Of a DNA stretch of 64,000 nt, positions 50,732-63,645 are shown in pieces. The stretch lies in the NCBI GenBank assembly GCA_038087875.1, contig JAXLNO010005073.1:124001-188000 (forward strand), in the 5' to 3' direction. The notes under the pieces were generated by a model, which was given only the letters and a program-made list of their open reading frames with translations, was not told where the DNA came from and did no database searches. The position numbers and the translations under genes are program-made. Origin of the DNA: Malacoraja senta (taxonomy: Eukaryota). Position 1 is the first letter of the stretch; the number at the start of each line of letters is the position of its first letter.

Positions 50732-53700
50732 TGTAGTGGCCATTTGGCCTGTTTTGCATTTCACTGATGATGGCATGTGCCTTTAAATTTTAGACTGCCC
50801 GTTGTATTGTGGGTTGGATTTATGGCGTGTTTTGGGGCATGTTTGGAACTTAGATGCTTGCGCAGAAGTCTAGTTTTTAGATTAGTTTGGAGAGACGATG
50901 GAGAAGGTCAATCCTTCGACCATGTCAATGTTACGGAGACACGAGGAGTTTTGTAATGTTTAAAGTTGCAAGTTGGAATTGAAGGAAGATTGCAGTAACG
51001 AGTCGGAAGAAACTTGGATGTATCTTGCTGTTTACCATCAACAATAAAGCATTTATTCAACAAAAGACTGTGTGTTGAAGCTTTATGAGTGAAGAGGCTC
51101 TGAAGATCTCTGAGGAAGCTTGCATGCGTATCGAAGATATTCCCCTTATCCATTCTCATCCAAATAGCGGCTAGAGAATTTGTTTCTCAAAAGATAAGAA
51201 AAATCTGCCGTTACAATAAGTCGAAGGGTACCTCCGGCAGGGGGGTTAAATACTAGTCCCAGACAGTGAGTCAGAAGATTAAATCGAAGGGAACCTCCGG
51301 CAGGGGGGTTAAATACTAGAAAGGGACATTGAGGGTGGTCTTTGACTGTGCTGCAGTCTTTAAAGGTACATCGCTTAACGGTGAACTACTGCAAGGTCCA
51401 GACCTTACCAACTCACTCATTGGAGTTCTCATCAAATTTAGGCAAGAACCGATTGCTTTAATGGCTGACATCAGATCGATGTTTCATCAAGTGAAAGTAG
51501 CCGGTGAACATATTGATTACCTGCGATTCTTATGGTGGCCTGAAGGGCATGTGCAGCAAGATCTTGTTGATTACCGGATGAAAGTACATCTCTTTGGAGC
51601 AGTGTCATCTCCAAGTTGTGCGAACTTCGCTTTAAGGAAGACCACAGAGGATAATAAAGATTATTTCCCAGAGGAGGTAATTTCCACTTTGAAAAATAAT
51701 TTCTACGTGGACGATTGCCTAAAATCCATATCTACTGAGCAGAAAGCAATTCAAATGGTAAAACACCTGACCTCTCTCTGCAATAAGGGAGGATTTGTAC
51801 TTTCCAAGTGGATCAGCAACAATCGTGTTGTATTGGAAAGCATTCCACCAGATGACAGAGCTGAAGAAACCAAGGAGATGGATTTAGTTATAGACAATTT
51901 GCCAATAGAAAGGGCACTGGGACTGCACTGGTGCGTGGAAACAGATGTGTTTAAGTTTAAATTGTCGATTCAGGAGCGACCATGTACAGGAAGGGGTATC
52001 TTTTCTGTGATTGGCTCAGTATACAACCCTTTGGGATTTCTTGCACCATTTACACTGCCAGCCAAGTTAATTTTACAAAACCTTTGTAAGGAAAAACTTG
52101 GATGGGTTGAGAGTATAACTCAAACATCCTCGCACCGTTGGCCAGAATGGTTAACGGACTCCATAAAATTTCCAAGTTTAAGGTGGATCGGTGCATAAAG
52201 CCTAAAAACTTTGGTAAGATCAGAAGTGCACAATTGCATCATTTTTCGGATGTCAGTGAAAGTGGTTACAGGACTGTTTCATATTAAAGACTGCAAAATG
52301 TTAGCAAAAGAGTGCATGTTGCATTCTTAATGAGAAAAGCCAGAGTGGCACCACTGAAACAAATGACGATTCCCAGAATGGAACTTACAGCAGCAGTCTT
52401 AGCTGTTAAAATTGACATAATGCTGCAAAAGGAACTACAATTTCAACTGGAAGAATCTTTCTTCTGGACCGATAGCACTACGGTTCTGAAATACATCAAT
52501 AATGAAAACAAACGCTTATGACATTTGTAGCAAATAGAGTCTCCTTTGTATTGGGAGCTACTAATGTTTCTCAATGGAGATATGTTAGCACCAAAGAAAA
52601 TCCTGCGGATGAAGCCTCTGGAGGACTAACAGCAAATTGTTTTCTAAACAACAGGAGATGGATCAATGTGCCCAAGTTTCTTTGTGAACAAAGCAGAGAA
52701 TGGCCAAAGCTTGAACTCGGATTTGAAATCTCTGTAAATGATCCGGAAATTAAACAAAACATTTCGGTGAAAGTGATTGCTAAAGACTCATACGACACCG
52801 TGAACAATTTAATTACCCACTTTTCATCATGGAATAAATTGATAACTTCTTAAGATAAATTGATAATTGTTCTTAAAATAAAAACAAGATTATTGCTGGC
52901 GGCTCGGGAAAGGAGACAAATTACAGAGTATCCTGGGAGAGAATCCTGATAAACGGAAAGGAGAGATTGAAGGCCAGATGCAAGTTTTTGAAGCTTCATA
53001 TGACGTACAGGATTTACGTCTTGATGATGTCCTCAAGGCGGAAAATGCGATCATCTCTTTCTGTCAAAGACAGAAATACAAAGAAGAAATATTAACATTG
53101 GAAGCTGGAGGACAGGGGGTAAAAAGAAACAGTCAATTGTACAAGCTCGACCCAGTCTGGGAGGAAGGTCTTCTGCGGATGGGTGGTCGCCTAAACAAAT
53201 TGGCAATGCCCGTAAAAACTAAACATCCTATCATTCTCTTAAAGGACTTTTACATAACGACATTATTTTTACGACATATTCATGAACAAGTTAGACATGG
53301 AGGAAGAAATTATATGTTGTCCCAACTTGGTAACAAATATTGGGTTATCAAGGCTGATTCTGCAGCATGACGAGGTTCTTGGTTGATGGGAAGAATACTA
53401 GAAATCATGCATCACGTTCGGGGTTTGGTGCGTATGGTACGTCTTAAAACAAAAAACTATGTTTTAATAAGACCAATAACCAAGTTGTGTTTGCTTCTAG
53501 AAGGCGAAGGTGAAGATGGAAGAGTCGATGAAGGGCCATGATTGCGGATATATAGTGCATGCTATTTTTTCCTCGTTAGTATCGTGTTTAGTATCCCTGC
53601 CTGTCACGCGTTAGACCGGGGTTCAATTTGCCGACGAGGAGCCACAGGGTTTAATTCCCTGACCTTTTGCTTTTGATATATGTATAGCCTTTATGGCCAT

Positions 53701-54013
53701 TTTTTAAATGTTTATTAGTAATTGCCTCATTAGATACTCGGAACAATTAGGAGCCGGTATGTAGTGGCCATTTGGACTGTTATGCATGTCACTGATGATG
53801 GCATGTGCCTTTAAATTTTAGACTGCCCGTTGTATTGTGGGTGGGATTTATGACGTGTTTTTAGGCGTGTTTGGAGCTTAGATGCTTGCGCAGAAGTCTA
53901 GTTTTTAGATTAGTTTGGAGAGACGATGGAGAAGGTCAATCCTTCGACCATGTCAATGTTACGGAGACACGAGGAGTTTTGTAATGTTTAAAGTTGCAAG
54001 TTGGAATTGAAGG
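50732..54013 (+). mobile_element. BEL/Pao LTR retrotransposon, internally deleted (5' LTR 50732-51215; 3' LTR from 53760, cut at 54013)
   Basis: [38 protein letters not shown] (RT); LHHFSD and KARVAP..IPRMEL (RNase H); GGRL..HPI (integrase N-terminus); direct LTRs TG...CA. Confidence 0.92.
53570..53644 (+). pseudogene. Degenerate tRNA-Asp(GUC) copy followed by CCA, inside the BEL element
   Basis: 72 nt colinear with vertebrate tRNA-Asp (TCCTCGTTAGTAT...CTGTCAC...GGTTC...ACGAGGAG). Acceptor stem is perfect; anticodon and T stems are mismatched. Confidence 0.85.
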
Positions 54014-57000
54014 GACTCAAATAGAGAATGCTATTATACAGTGTGTGAGGCAGGAGGCAGAGAAGGAAAGCACTCAGACCCAACATGTAGGGTGGAGAGA
54101 AGAAAACAATAATAAACAGAGAATAAGAGGTGGTGAGGTTCTTAAATGGGTGAGCAGAGAAACAGAGGGGTGTTAAATGCGGGCGGAAGCAATAGGTAGC
54201 AAGGTGAAAAGTAAAAGTGGCAGGCAGACAAATCCACGGCAAAAATCAAAAAGAGTCACTTTTCAACATAATTGTATAAGGGGTAAGAGCGTTGTAAAAA
54301 CAAGCCTGAAGGCTTTGTGTCTCAATGCAAGGAGCATTCGTAATAAGGTGGATGAGTTGAACGTGCAGATAGCAATTAATGATTATGATATAGTTGGGAT
54401 CACGGAGACATGGCTCCAGGGTGACCAAGGCTGGGAGCTCAACATCCAGGGATATTCAATATTTAGGAGGGATAGAGAGAAAGGAAACGGAGGTGGGGTA
54501 GCGTTGCTGGTTAGAGAGGAGATTACCGCAGTGGAAAGGAAGGACATTAGCTTGCAGGATGTGGAATCGGTATGGGTAGAGCTGCGAAACACTAAGGGGC
54601 AGAAAACGCTGGTGGGTGTTGTGTACAGGCGACCTAGCAGTAGTAGTTAAGTTGGGGATGGCATCAAACAGGAAATTAGAAATGCGTGCAACAAAGGCAA
54701 AACAGTTATAATGGGTGACTTCAATCTACATATAGATTGGGTGAATCAAATTGGCAGGGGTGCTGAGGAAGAGGATTTCTTGGAATGTATGAGGGATAGT
54801 TATCTAAACCAACATGTAGAGGAACCAACGAGAGAGCAAGCTATTCTAGACTGGGTATTGAGTAATGAGGAAGGGTTAGTTAGCAGACTTGTTGTGCGTG
54901 CCCCCTTGGGCAAGAGTGACCATAATATGGTTGAGTTCTTCATTAGGATGGAGAGTGACATTGTTAATTCAGAAACAACGGTTCTGAACTTAAAGAAAGG
55001 TAACTTTGAGGGTATGAGACGTGAATTGGCCAAGATTGACTGGCAATTCGTTCTAAAAGGGTTGACGGTGGACATGCAATGGAAGGCATTTAAAGACTGC
55101 ATGGATGAACTACAAAAATTGTTCATCCCAGTTTGGCAAAAGAATAAATCAGGGAAGGTAGTGCATCCGTGGATAACAAGGGAAATCAGGGATAGTATCA
55201 AAGCAAAAGATGATGCGTACAAATTAGCCAGAAAAAGCAGCATACCAAAGGACTGGGAGAAATTCAGAGACCAGCAGAGGAGGACAAAGGGCTTAATTAG
55301 GAAAGGAAAAATAGATTATGAAAGGAAACTGGCAGGGAACATAAAAACTGACTGCAAAAGTTTTTATAGATATGTGAAGAGAAAGAGATTAGTTAAAACA
55401 AAAGTAGGTCCCTTGCAGTCAGAAACAGGTGAATTGATCATGGGGAACAAGGATATGGCGGACCAATTGAATAACTACTTTGGTTCCGTCTTCACTAAGG
55501 AAGACATAAATAATCTGCCGGAAATAGCAGGGGGCCGCGGGTCAAAGGAGATGGAAGAACTGAGTGAAATCCAGGTTAGTCGGGAAGCGGTGTTGGGTAA
55601 ATTGAATGGATTAAAGGCCGATAAATCACCAGGGGCAGATAGGCTGCATCCCAGAGTACTTAAGGAAGTAGCTCCAGAAATAGTGGATGCATTAGTGATA
55701 ATTTTTCAAAACTCTTTGGATTCTGGAGTAGTTCCTGAGGATTGGAGGGTAGCAAACGTAACCCCACTTTTTAAGAAGGGAGGGAGAGAGAAAACGGGGA
55801 ATTACAGACCAGTTAGTCTAACATCGGTAGTGGGGAAACTGCTAGAGTCAGTTATTAAAGATGGGATAGCAGCACATTTGGAAAGTGGTGAAATCATTGG
55901 ACAAAGTCAGCATGGATTTACGAAAGGTAAATCGTGTCTGACGAATCTTATAGAATTTTTCGAGGATGTAACTAGTAGAGTGGATAGGGGAGAACCAGTG
56001 GATGTGTTGTATCTGGACTTTCAGAAGGCTTTCGACAAGGTACAACATACGAGATTAGGATACAAACTTAAATCACACGGTATTGGGGTTTCAGTATTGA
56101 TGTGGATAGAGAACTGGCTGGCAAACAGAAAGCAAAGAGTAGGAGTAAACGGGTCCTTTTCACAATGGCAGGCAGTGACTAGTGTGGTACCGCAAGGCTC
56201 AGTGCTGGGACCCCAGCTATTTACAATTTATATTAATGATCTGGACGAGGGAATTGAAAGCAACATCTCCAAGTTTGCGGATGACACGAAGCTGGGGGGC
56301 AGTGTTAGCTGTGAGGAGGATGCTAGGAGACTGCAAGGTGACTTGGATAGGCTGGGTGAGTGGGCAAATGTTTGGCAGATGCAGTATAATGTGGATAAAT
56401 GTGAGGTTATCCACTTTGGTGGCAAAAACGGGAAGGCAGACTATTATCTAAATGGTGGCCGATTAGGAAATGGGGAGATGCAGCGAGACCTGGGTGTCAT
56501 GGTACACCAGTCATTGAAAGTAGGCATGCAGGTGCAGCAGGCAGTGAAGAAAGCGAATGGTATGTTGGCCTTCATAGCAAGAGGATTTGAGTATAGGAGC
56601 AGTGAGGTTCTACTGCAGTTGTACAGGGCCTTGGTGAGACCACACCTGGAGTATTGCGTACAGTTTTGGTCTCCAAATCTGAGGAAGGACATTATAGCCA
56701 TAGAGGGAGTGCAGAGAAGGTTCACCAGACTGATTCCTGGGATGTCAGGACTTTCATATGAAGAAAGACTGGATAGACTTGGCTTATACTCGCTAGAATT
56801 TAGGAGATTGAGAGGGGATCTTATAGAAACGTACAAAATTCTTATGGGGTTGGACAGGCTAGATGCAGGAAGATTGTTCCCGATGTTGGGGAAGTCCAGG
56901 ACAAGGGGTCACAGCTTAAGGATAAGGGGGAAAACCTTTAAGACCGAGATGAGGAAAAACGTTTTCACACAGAGAGTGGTGAATCTCTGGAACTCTCTGC

Positions 57001-57135
57001 CACAGATGGTAGTTGAGGCCAGTTCATTGGCTATATTTAAGAGGGAGTTAGATGTGGCCCTTGTGGCTAAAGGGATCAGGGGGTATGGAGAGAAGGCAGG
57101 TATGGGATACTGAGTTGGATGATCAGCCATGATCA
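54014..57135 (+). mobile_element. CR1 LINE with near-complete ORF2 (54177-57113, single in-frame TAA at 54648-54650), inserted in the BEL 3' LTR
   Basis: ORFs 54177-54650 and 54711-57113 are in the same frame, with APE and RT motifs. Confidence 0.96.
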
Positions 57136-57980
57136 GCACCTATTGTCTATTGTCTATTGTAGGCTAACAAAGTAGTCGAAGTGTTTACAATACATTCGGC
57201 ATTTCTGATCTGTTTAAATTCGGATAATGACATGATGATGCATTTGGCTCCAGTGTCGATCTTTGCAACAGTAATGGTGTTGACATGAAGTGAAACTTCA
57301 GGGTTGAGTTGCTTGTTAGTGGAAGCAACCAAGGAGTTTATGTTATGGCTGCTATCTTCATGCTCAGGGAGTAGAGCTGGAGGTGGCGCTGCTAGCTCTT
57401 GGTACTTACTATCAGCAGCTTCATGTTTTAACCAGTGTACAGACTGCCTTGGGAGTGATCGGATTCCACGAGTACTGCAACATTTTGAGAAATTATTTCT
57501 TCATTTGCAAAAATGGCATATTTTTCCGAGAGCAAAGCAAAGTTTGCGATCTGCAGGGTGGGAGCCGCTACAGTTAGAACACTTTCCAATAATCTTTGAG
57601 ATTGTCGAGATGATGTGTGGGGTTGTGAGCGCTATTTACGGTAGGAAGTGTCGATAGCATCGACATGGTATGAGGAATGCGGTCCAGGTCCCAATGACCT
57701 GGTGTGAGAGGTCATGATCTCATTAATACGACAAGCATGTTCAGCTCGGGCAAGTTTCAGTTCAGTATCACAAAGTAATTCATCGCATACTTTATCACTG
57801 AGAATTCCACCCATAGGCTGTGGACCGAGCATCAAAAATGTGTCTAGAAATCAATTTTCGTGACCCACGTCACGGAACTACATGAAATTTTCCACAGATT
57901 TAGATGAAATATAATTGAGAAGGAACTCATAACTCGTCATTCCCAAAAGTTGCACATTAATTAATTAAACTAACTAGAAA

Positions 57981-58130
57981 NNNNNNNNNNNNNNNNNNNN
58001 NNNNNNNNNNNNNNNNNNNNNNNNNNNNNNNNNNNNNNNNNNNNNNNNNNNNNNNNNNNNNNNNNNNNNNNNNNNNNNNNNNNNNNNNNNNNNNNNNNNN
58101 NNNNNNNNNNNNNNNNNNNNNNNNNNNNNN
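57981..58130. other. Assembly gap (150 N)
   Basis: Falls where the paralogous copy has the (TA)n tract. Confidence 0.99.
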
Positions 58131-61100
58131 AATCATAAATAATTAAGTATAATTATATCATAAAAAATAATATGATGAATATAATTGTGAGTGTTTTTTA
58201 ATGACACTGTCGCAGAGGTCCTGCTCCTGAACCAGCCTAATTAATGGGTGAGGACAGTTCTTGTGGGTTCCTCCCTTTAGTGAACCCCACTGACTGCCAA
58301 TTTGCAGAGTGGGGGTCACGGCCATAGTGGGACAGGGGCAATTCCAGGCTGGGGGACAGCCCTTCAAGGCATCTTCCAGTTGTTTTAATAGGAAATTTAA
58401 TGAGACTGCAGCAGAGGTCCCAGGTTTTTTTTATTTTATTTTATTATTTTTTTAAATTATTTTTATTAGAAGTACGGTAAATTACAGTAATACACAACAC
58501 TTATATCTTAATACATTTTTTATACCGCTTCATTTTTTTGAGCTTTAAGAGAAAGATAGAAGTAAGAAAAGTAAAGAAAGTGCGCAAGAGTCGTGAGGTG
58601 CAAGAGAGTGTTGTGAAAAGAAAGCCCCTTAGAAAAGAAGTTAGAGAAGGAAGTAAAGTAAGAAAGTAGATCCTAGAAAAGAAAGAAAAAGAAAGTAGGA
58701 ACAATCGCAGAAAGGGAACCACCAACCAAGTCTGTTTTTGTTGTTTTACCTCCCATTACCAGGTCCTGATACCATTTCTTTATTTATTTATTTTTAAAAT
58801 TACTATTGCACCTCATGCTTGTAATAGGTCCAAAAACGTAGACCACGTCTTTTGGAATTGGTCTGCTTTCCCTGCTAAGAGGAATCTCATCTCTTCCAGA
58901 TGTAATGTTTCCAACATGATGTCCACATTTTTATTGTTGGTGTGGGCGCATTTTTCCAGAATTTAAGTATGAGCCTTTTTCCCATTATTAGCCCGTAATT
59001 GAATACGTTCTTCTGATACACGTTTAATTCAGGGATACCTTCCGATATTCCAAAAATGATCCATTCTGGTTTTGGTACCAGTTTTATTTTAATTAATTTT
59101 GAGAAAATATCAAATATTTCATGCCAAAAATTTTAGATTTTTGTACACAAAACAAAAGAATGCGCTATGGTAGCTTCTTGACATAGACATTTATCACAGA
59201 TTGGTGAAACATTAGGAAAGATTTTATTTTATTTAGTTTTTGAATAATATAGTCTATGTAATGTTTTGAATTGGATGAGCATATGTCGTACGTTGATCGA
59301 ACATTTATGCACCTGTAGTAAGTGGTTATCCCAGCTCTCTTTTGAAATTTTTATAGCTAATTCTTGTTCCCAGTCTCTTCTAATTCCTTCTGTTGTGGGT
59401 ATTTCTATGTTTAAAATGATATTATATAAGTACGATATTAGATTAGCTGATTCCGCCTTTGTCTTCATTGCTTCATCTAGTAAGTCGGAAGGCATATTAT
59501 GATAGTCTTTTGTGTATTTTTTCAGGTAATCACGAATTTGTAGATATTTAAAATATTGATTATTTTTCAGATTATATTTCAGTTGTAGTTGTTGAAATGA
59601 TAGTAATTTTCCCAATTCATACAGATCTTCGAGCGTTTTGATTCCCATTCTTTCCCATTGTATAAATGATTTGTCTATGGTTGAAGGTTTAAACGATGGG
59701 TTATTAACTATTGGTATTGAGAGAGATAGGTTTCTTAATTTTAGATTCTGTTTTATTTGTTTCCATGTTCTAATTGTGCTATTTATAATTGGGTTTTTAT
59801 TATAATTTTTATTATTCAAATTTATTGGAGAGAGAATAATCGCTCCAATATTACTCGGGGAACAGTCCCCTTTTTCCATTATAATCCAGTCCACCTGCTG
59901 GGCAGAATTGTCCAGCAGGTGAATCATATTTTTAATATTTACTGCCCATTTATAATACATAAAGTTAGGGAGCGCGACACCCCCCAACTCTTTTCGTTTA
60001 TTAAGGTGTGCACTTTGTATTATATGGGATTTATAATCCCATATAAAATTTGTAATGTCTGAGTCCAATTTTTTGAAAAACTTTTCCCCAGGTTTTAAGG
60101 GCTCATGAACCTGCCTAATTAAAGGGTCAGGACAGATCCTCTGTGTTCCCCCGTTTACTGAACCCCGCTGACTGCCATAGTGGGGAGAGTGGGGGTAACA
60201 GCCATAGCGGGATTGGGGCAGTGCCAGGCTGGGTGACAGACCTGTAAGAGGCCTGTCTTATTTCTGATGTAAATGCCACATCCTGACCAAGAATCGAATG
60301 ATCTGATGTTTTACCCCAGACCGGGTTTAATTTGCTCCCCTGTGGGTTTATAACATTATTTACCTCAGTTTTACCCCAGACCGGGTTTATTCAAGATTCA
60401 AGATAGTTTATTGTCGTGTGTCCCAGATTGGACAATGAAATTCTTGCTTTGCTTCAGCACAAAAGAATATAGACGCCATGAATACAGAACAGATCAGTGT
60501 GTCCATATACCATTGTATAAATATATACACACATGTATAAATAAAACAGATAAAGTGCAAATAAACTGAGAATGGGCTATTAATGTTCAGAGTTTTGTTT
60601 GAGTTGAGTTCAATATCCTGATGGCTGTGGGGCTGTTTGTGTATTTTGTTCCCCTGTGTGTTTATAACATTATTTACTGTATTATACTGTATTATAACAT
60701 TATTTACTGTCACTGTATGTCATGTTGTTACTTGTGGGCGGAGCACCAATGCAAATTCCTTGTATGTGAATACTTGGCCAATAAACTTACTTTACTTCAG
60801 TTTTACCCCAGACAGGGTTTATTTTGTTCCCCTGTGTGTTTATAACATTATTTACCCCAGCCCAGTGACTAAGTGGGTTTTCTCAGAGATCATCACTTTC
60901 CTCCCACACTCCAAAGATGTGCAGGTTTGTAGGTTAATTGACTTGGTATAAATGTAACATTGTCCCTAGTGTGTGTAGGATAGTGTTAATGTGCGGGGAT
61001 CGCTGGTCGGTGCAGACTCGGTGGGCCAAAGGGCCTGTTTCCGCGCTATGTCCCTAAATGTGAAACTTACCATGTCACATGAAGTGTTCTCCACGACACT

Positions 61101-63412
61101 GCCCCTGATACTGTGCCCTTTACCATGGACATTGAAACTCTGTGCACAAACAGAAACAGATAGGAGCATGCAGGCAGTTCAAATATCTGGAGAAACACAC
61201 CATGACAAACCACACACTACTTTAACTGACAAAGAAATACTTTGAATTAAATGAGACGTACAAGTAAAGGAACAGTAGCGAAGTTTGGCCCAGTTTATGC
61301 AACATTTGGCAGAATGGGGAAGATAGTCTAACCCTGGCAGACTCTTCCTGCATCAGAGGACCAAGTCTTTGGAGATCCTGGGTGGAAACTAACACTAATT
61401 GGTCACCCCTTTAGAAAGGAGCAGAGAGGAGAGGAAATGGATTCTGGCAACAGACACAAACATACTGAACCAAATATAGATGTAGACCAATTCCAAACAA
61501 AGCTACAGTTGGGTGAATGGAAGGGGCAAGATTACCTAATTGTAATGAGTTAAACACAAGTGTCATGAACATTTAACTACTTTCACTGCAACAGCAGCCA
61601 ACTAGGATGATTTTAACCAGGGGATGTAACCTGCTCCAAAACAAAGTGCTGTTGGCAGATCAGGCACCATCTACCAGACCACAAAGGGAATGGACAGATG
61701 CTGTTGTTTCCTGTTGGGACCCTTTCAGACTGATGGAGTCGGGCAGAGAAAGTGGGAAAGAGGTGGGAGCAGGACTAAGCCTGTTATGTGATTAGTGGAT
61801 ACAGGAGAGGGTGATGGGTTGTGACATTGGCTAGGGGTGACAAGGAGACAAAAGGTGCAATGGATGAGAAGAGTGAAACGTAAAGCTGGAGGGAGGGATA
61901 CGGGTGGAAGGGGATAGAGTGAAATATGAGACTGGTTTGGGAGGTGAGCATACACAGGGAAGGAGCAGAGTGACCAAGGTGTTGAGGGAATTGTTCACAC
62001 CAGGGTGGGGGTGTGCAGGGAAAGAGGGGGTTCCCATCACCAGTGTGGGGGGTGCAGGGAAAGAGGGGGTTCCCATCACCAGGATGGGGCTGGTGCAGAA
62101 AAAGCAGGGGTTCCCATCACCAGGGTGGGGGGTGCAGGGAAAGAGGGGGTTCCCATCACCAGTGTGGGGGGTGCAGGGAAAGAGGGGGTTCCCATCACCA
62201 GGTTGGGGGGTGCAAGGAAAGAAGGGGTTCCCATCACCAGTGTGGGGGGTGCAGGGAAAGAGGGGGTTCCCATCACCAGGTTGGGGGGTGCAGGGAAAGA
62301 GGGGGTTCCCATCACCAGTGTGGGGGGGGGTGCAGGGAAAGAGGGGGTTCCCATCACCAAGGTGGGGGGGATTCATGGAAAGAGGGGGTTCCCATCACCA
62401 GTATGCTGATTTCCCACCTCTATGCCACATTTCCCTTATATCCTGGGTTAGCCTCTACTTCCTGAGAAGATTACGTCAAGGAGGCCTCTCTCTAACTTCT
62501 ACAGGTGCACAGTAGAGAACATGCTGACCGGTTGCATCGCGGCTTGGTTCAGCAACTGGAGCGCCCTGGAGAGGAAAAGACTACAAAAAGTAGTAAACAC
62601 TGCCCAGTCCATCATCGGCTCTGACCTTCCTTCCATCGAGGGGATTTATTGCAGTCGCTGCCTCAAAAAGGCTGCCAGTATCATCAAGGACCCACACCAT
62701 CCTGGCCACACTCTCACCTCCCCGCTACGTTCAGGTAGAAGGTACAGGAGCCTGAAGACTGCAACAACCAGGTTCAGGAATAGCTACTTCCCCACAGCCA
62801 TCAGGCTATTAAACTTGGCTCGGACAAAACTCTGAACATTAATAGCCCATTATATGTTATTTGTACTTGATCAGTTTATTTATTCATGTGTGTATATATT
62901 TATATAATGGTATATGGACACACTGATCTGTTTTGTAGTCAATGCCTACTATGTTCTGTTGTGCTGAAGCAAAGCAAGAATTTCGTTGTCCTATCAGGGA
63001 CACACGACAATAAACTCACTTGAACTTGAACTATCCCCTCCCATGTCCCATTCTCCCATAAACCTCCCTCTGGCTTCATCTTCCACACCCCTACCCTTCT
63101 TATCCAACATGTTTTATCACTTTCACCTGTGGCCTTTGTTACTTATTCCATCCATCTGCCAATCACCCACCCCCACATGCCAGGCTTTGTCCCACCCCCA
63201 CTTTCCATCTTTCTCCCCCCTACTCCAGTCTGTATGTTTCTAACCCAAAATGCCATCTGTCTATTTCCCCCACAGATGCTGCCTGACCCTCAGAGTTCCT
63301 CCAGCACTTCTGCTCAACATTCCAGCACCCTGAAATACAAGGAACGTGACCACAAAGCAATTAAGAAAGGACATTGTTAATCTTTCTCAAAGATTTATCC
63401 CCATTGAAACCA

Positions 63413-63645
63413 CATGAGGATCGCCTCAGCGCAGAGGGAGAGCAAGGAGGGAAGAGATGGACTTTGGGACTTTTTGCCTTCCATCACAGTGAGGAGGTGC
63501 CTGGTGGACTCACTGTTGTGGATGTTAAACTGTGTTGAGTGTGTGTTTTTGTTATTTATTCTATGTTATGACTGCAGGCTAAACCATTTCGTTGCACTGA
63601 AAAGTGCAATGACAATAAATTGAATCAAAAAAAAATCAAAAAAAA
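63413..63645 (+). mobile_element. Short retroposed insertion with A-rich tail, absent from the paralogous site (~8532)
   Basis: The flanks cattgaaaccac / aaacaa.ggccttatc are nearly adjacent in copy 1. Confidence 0.75.
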
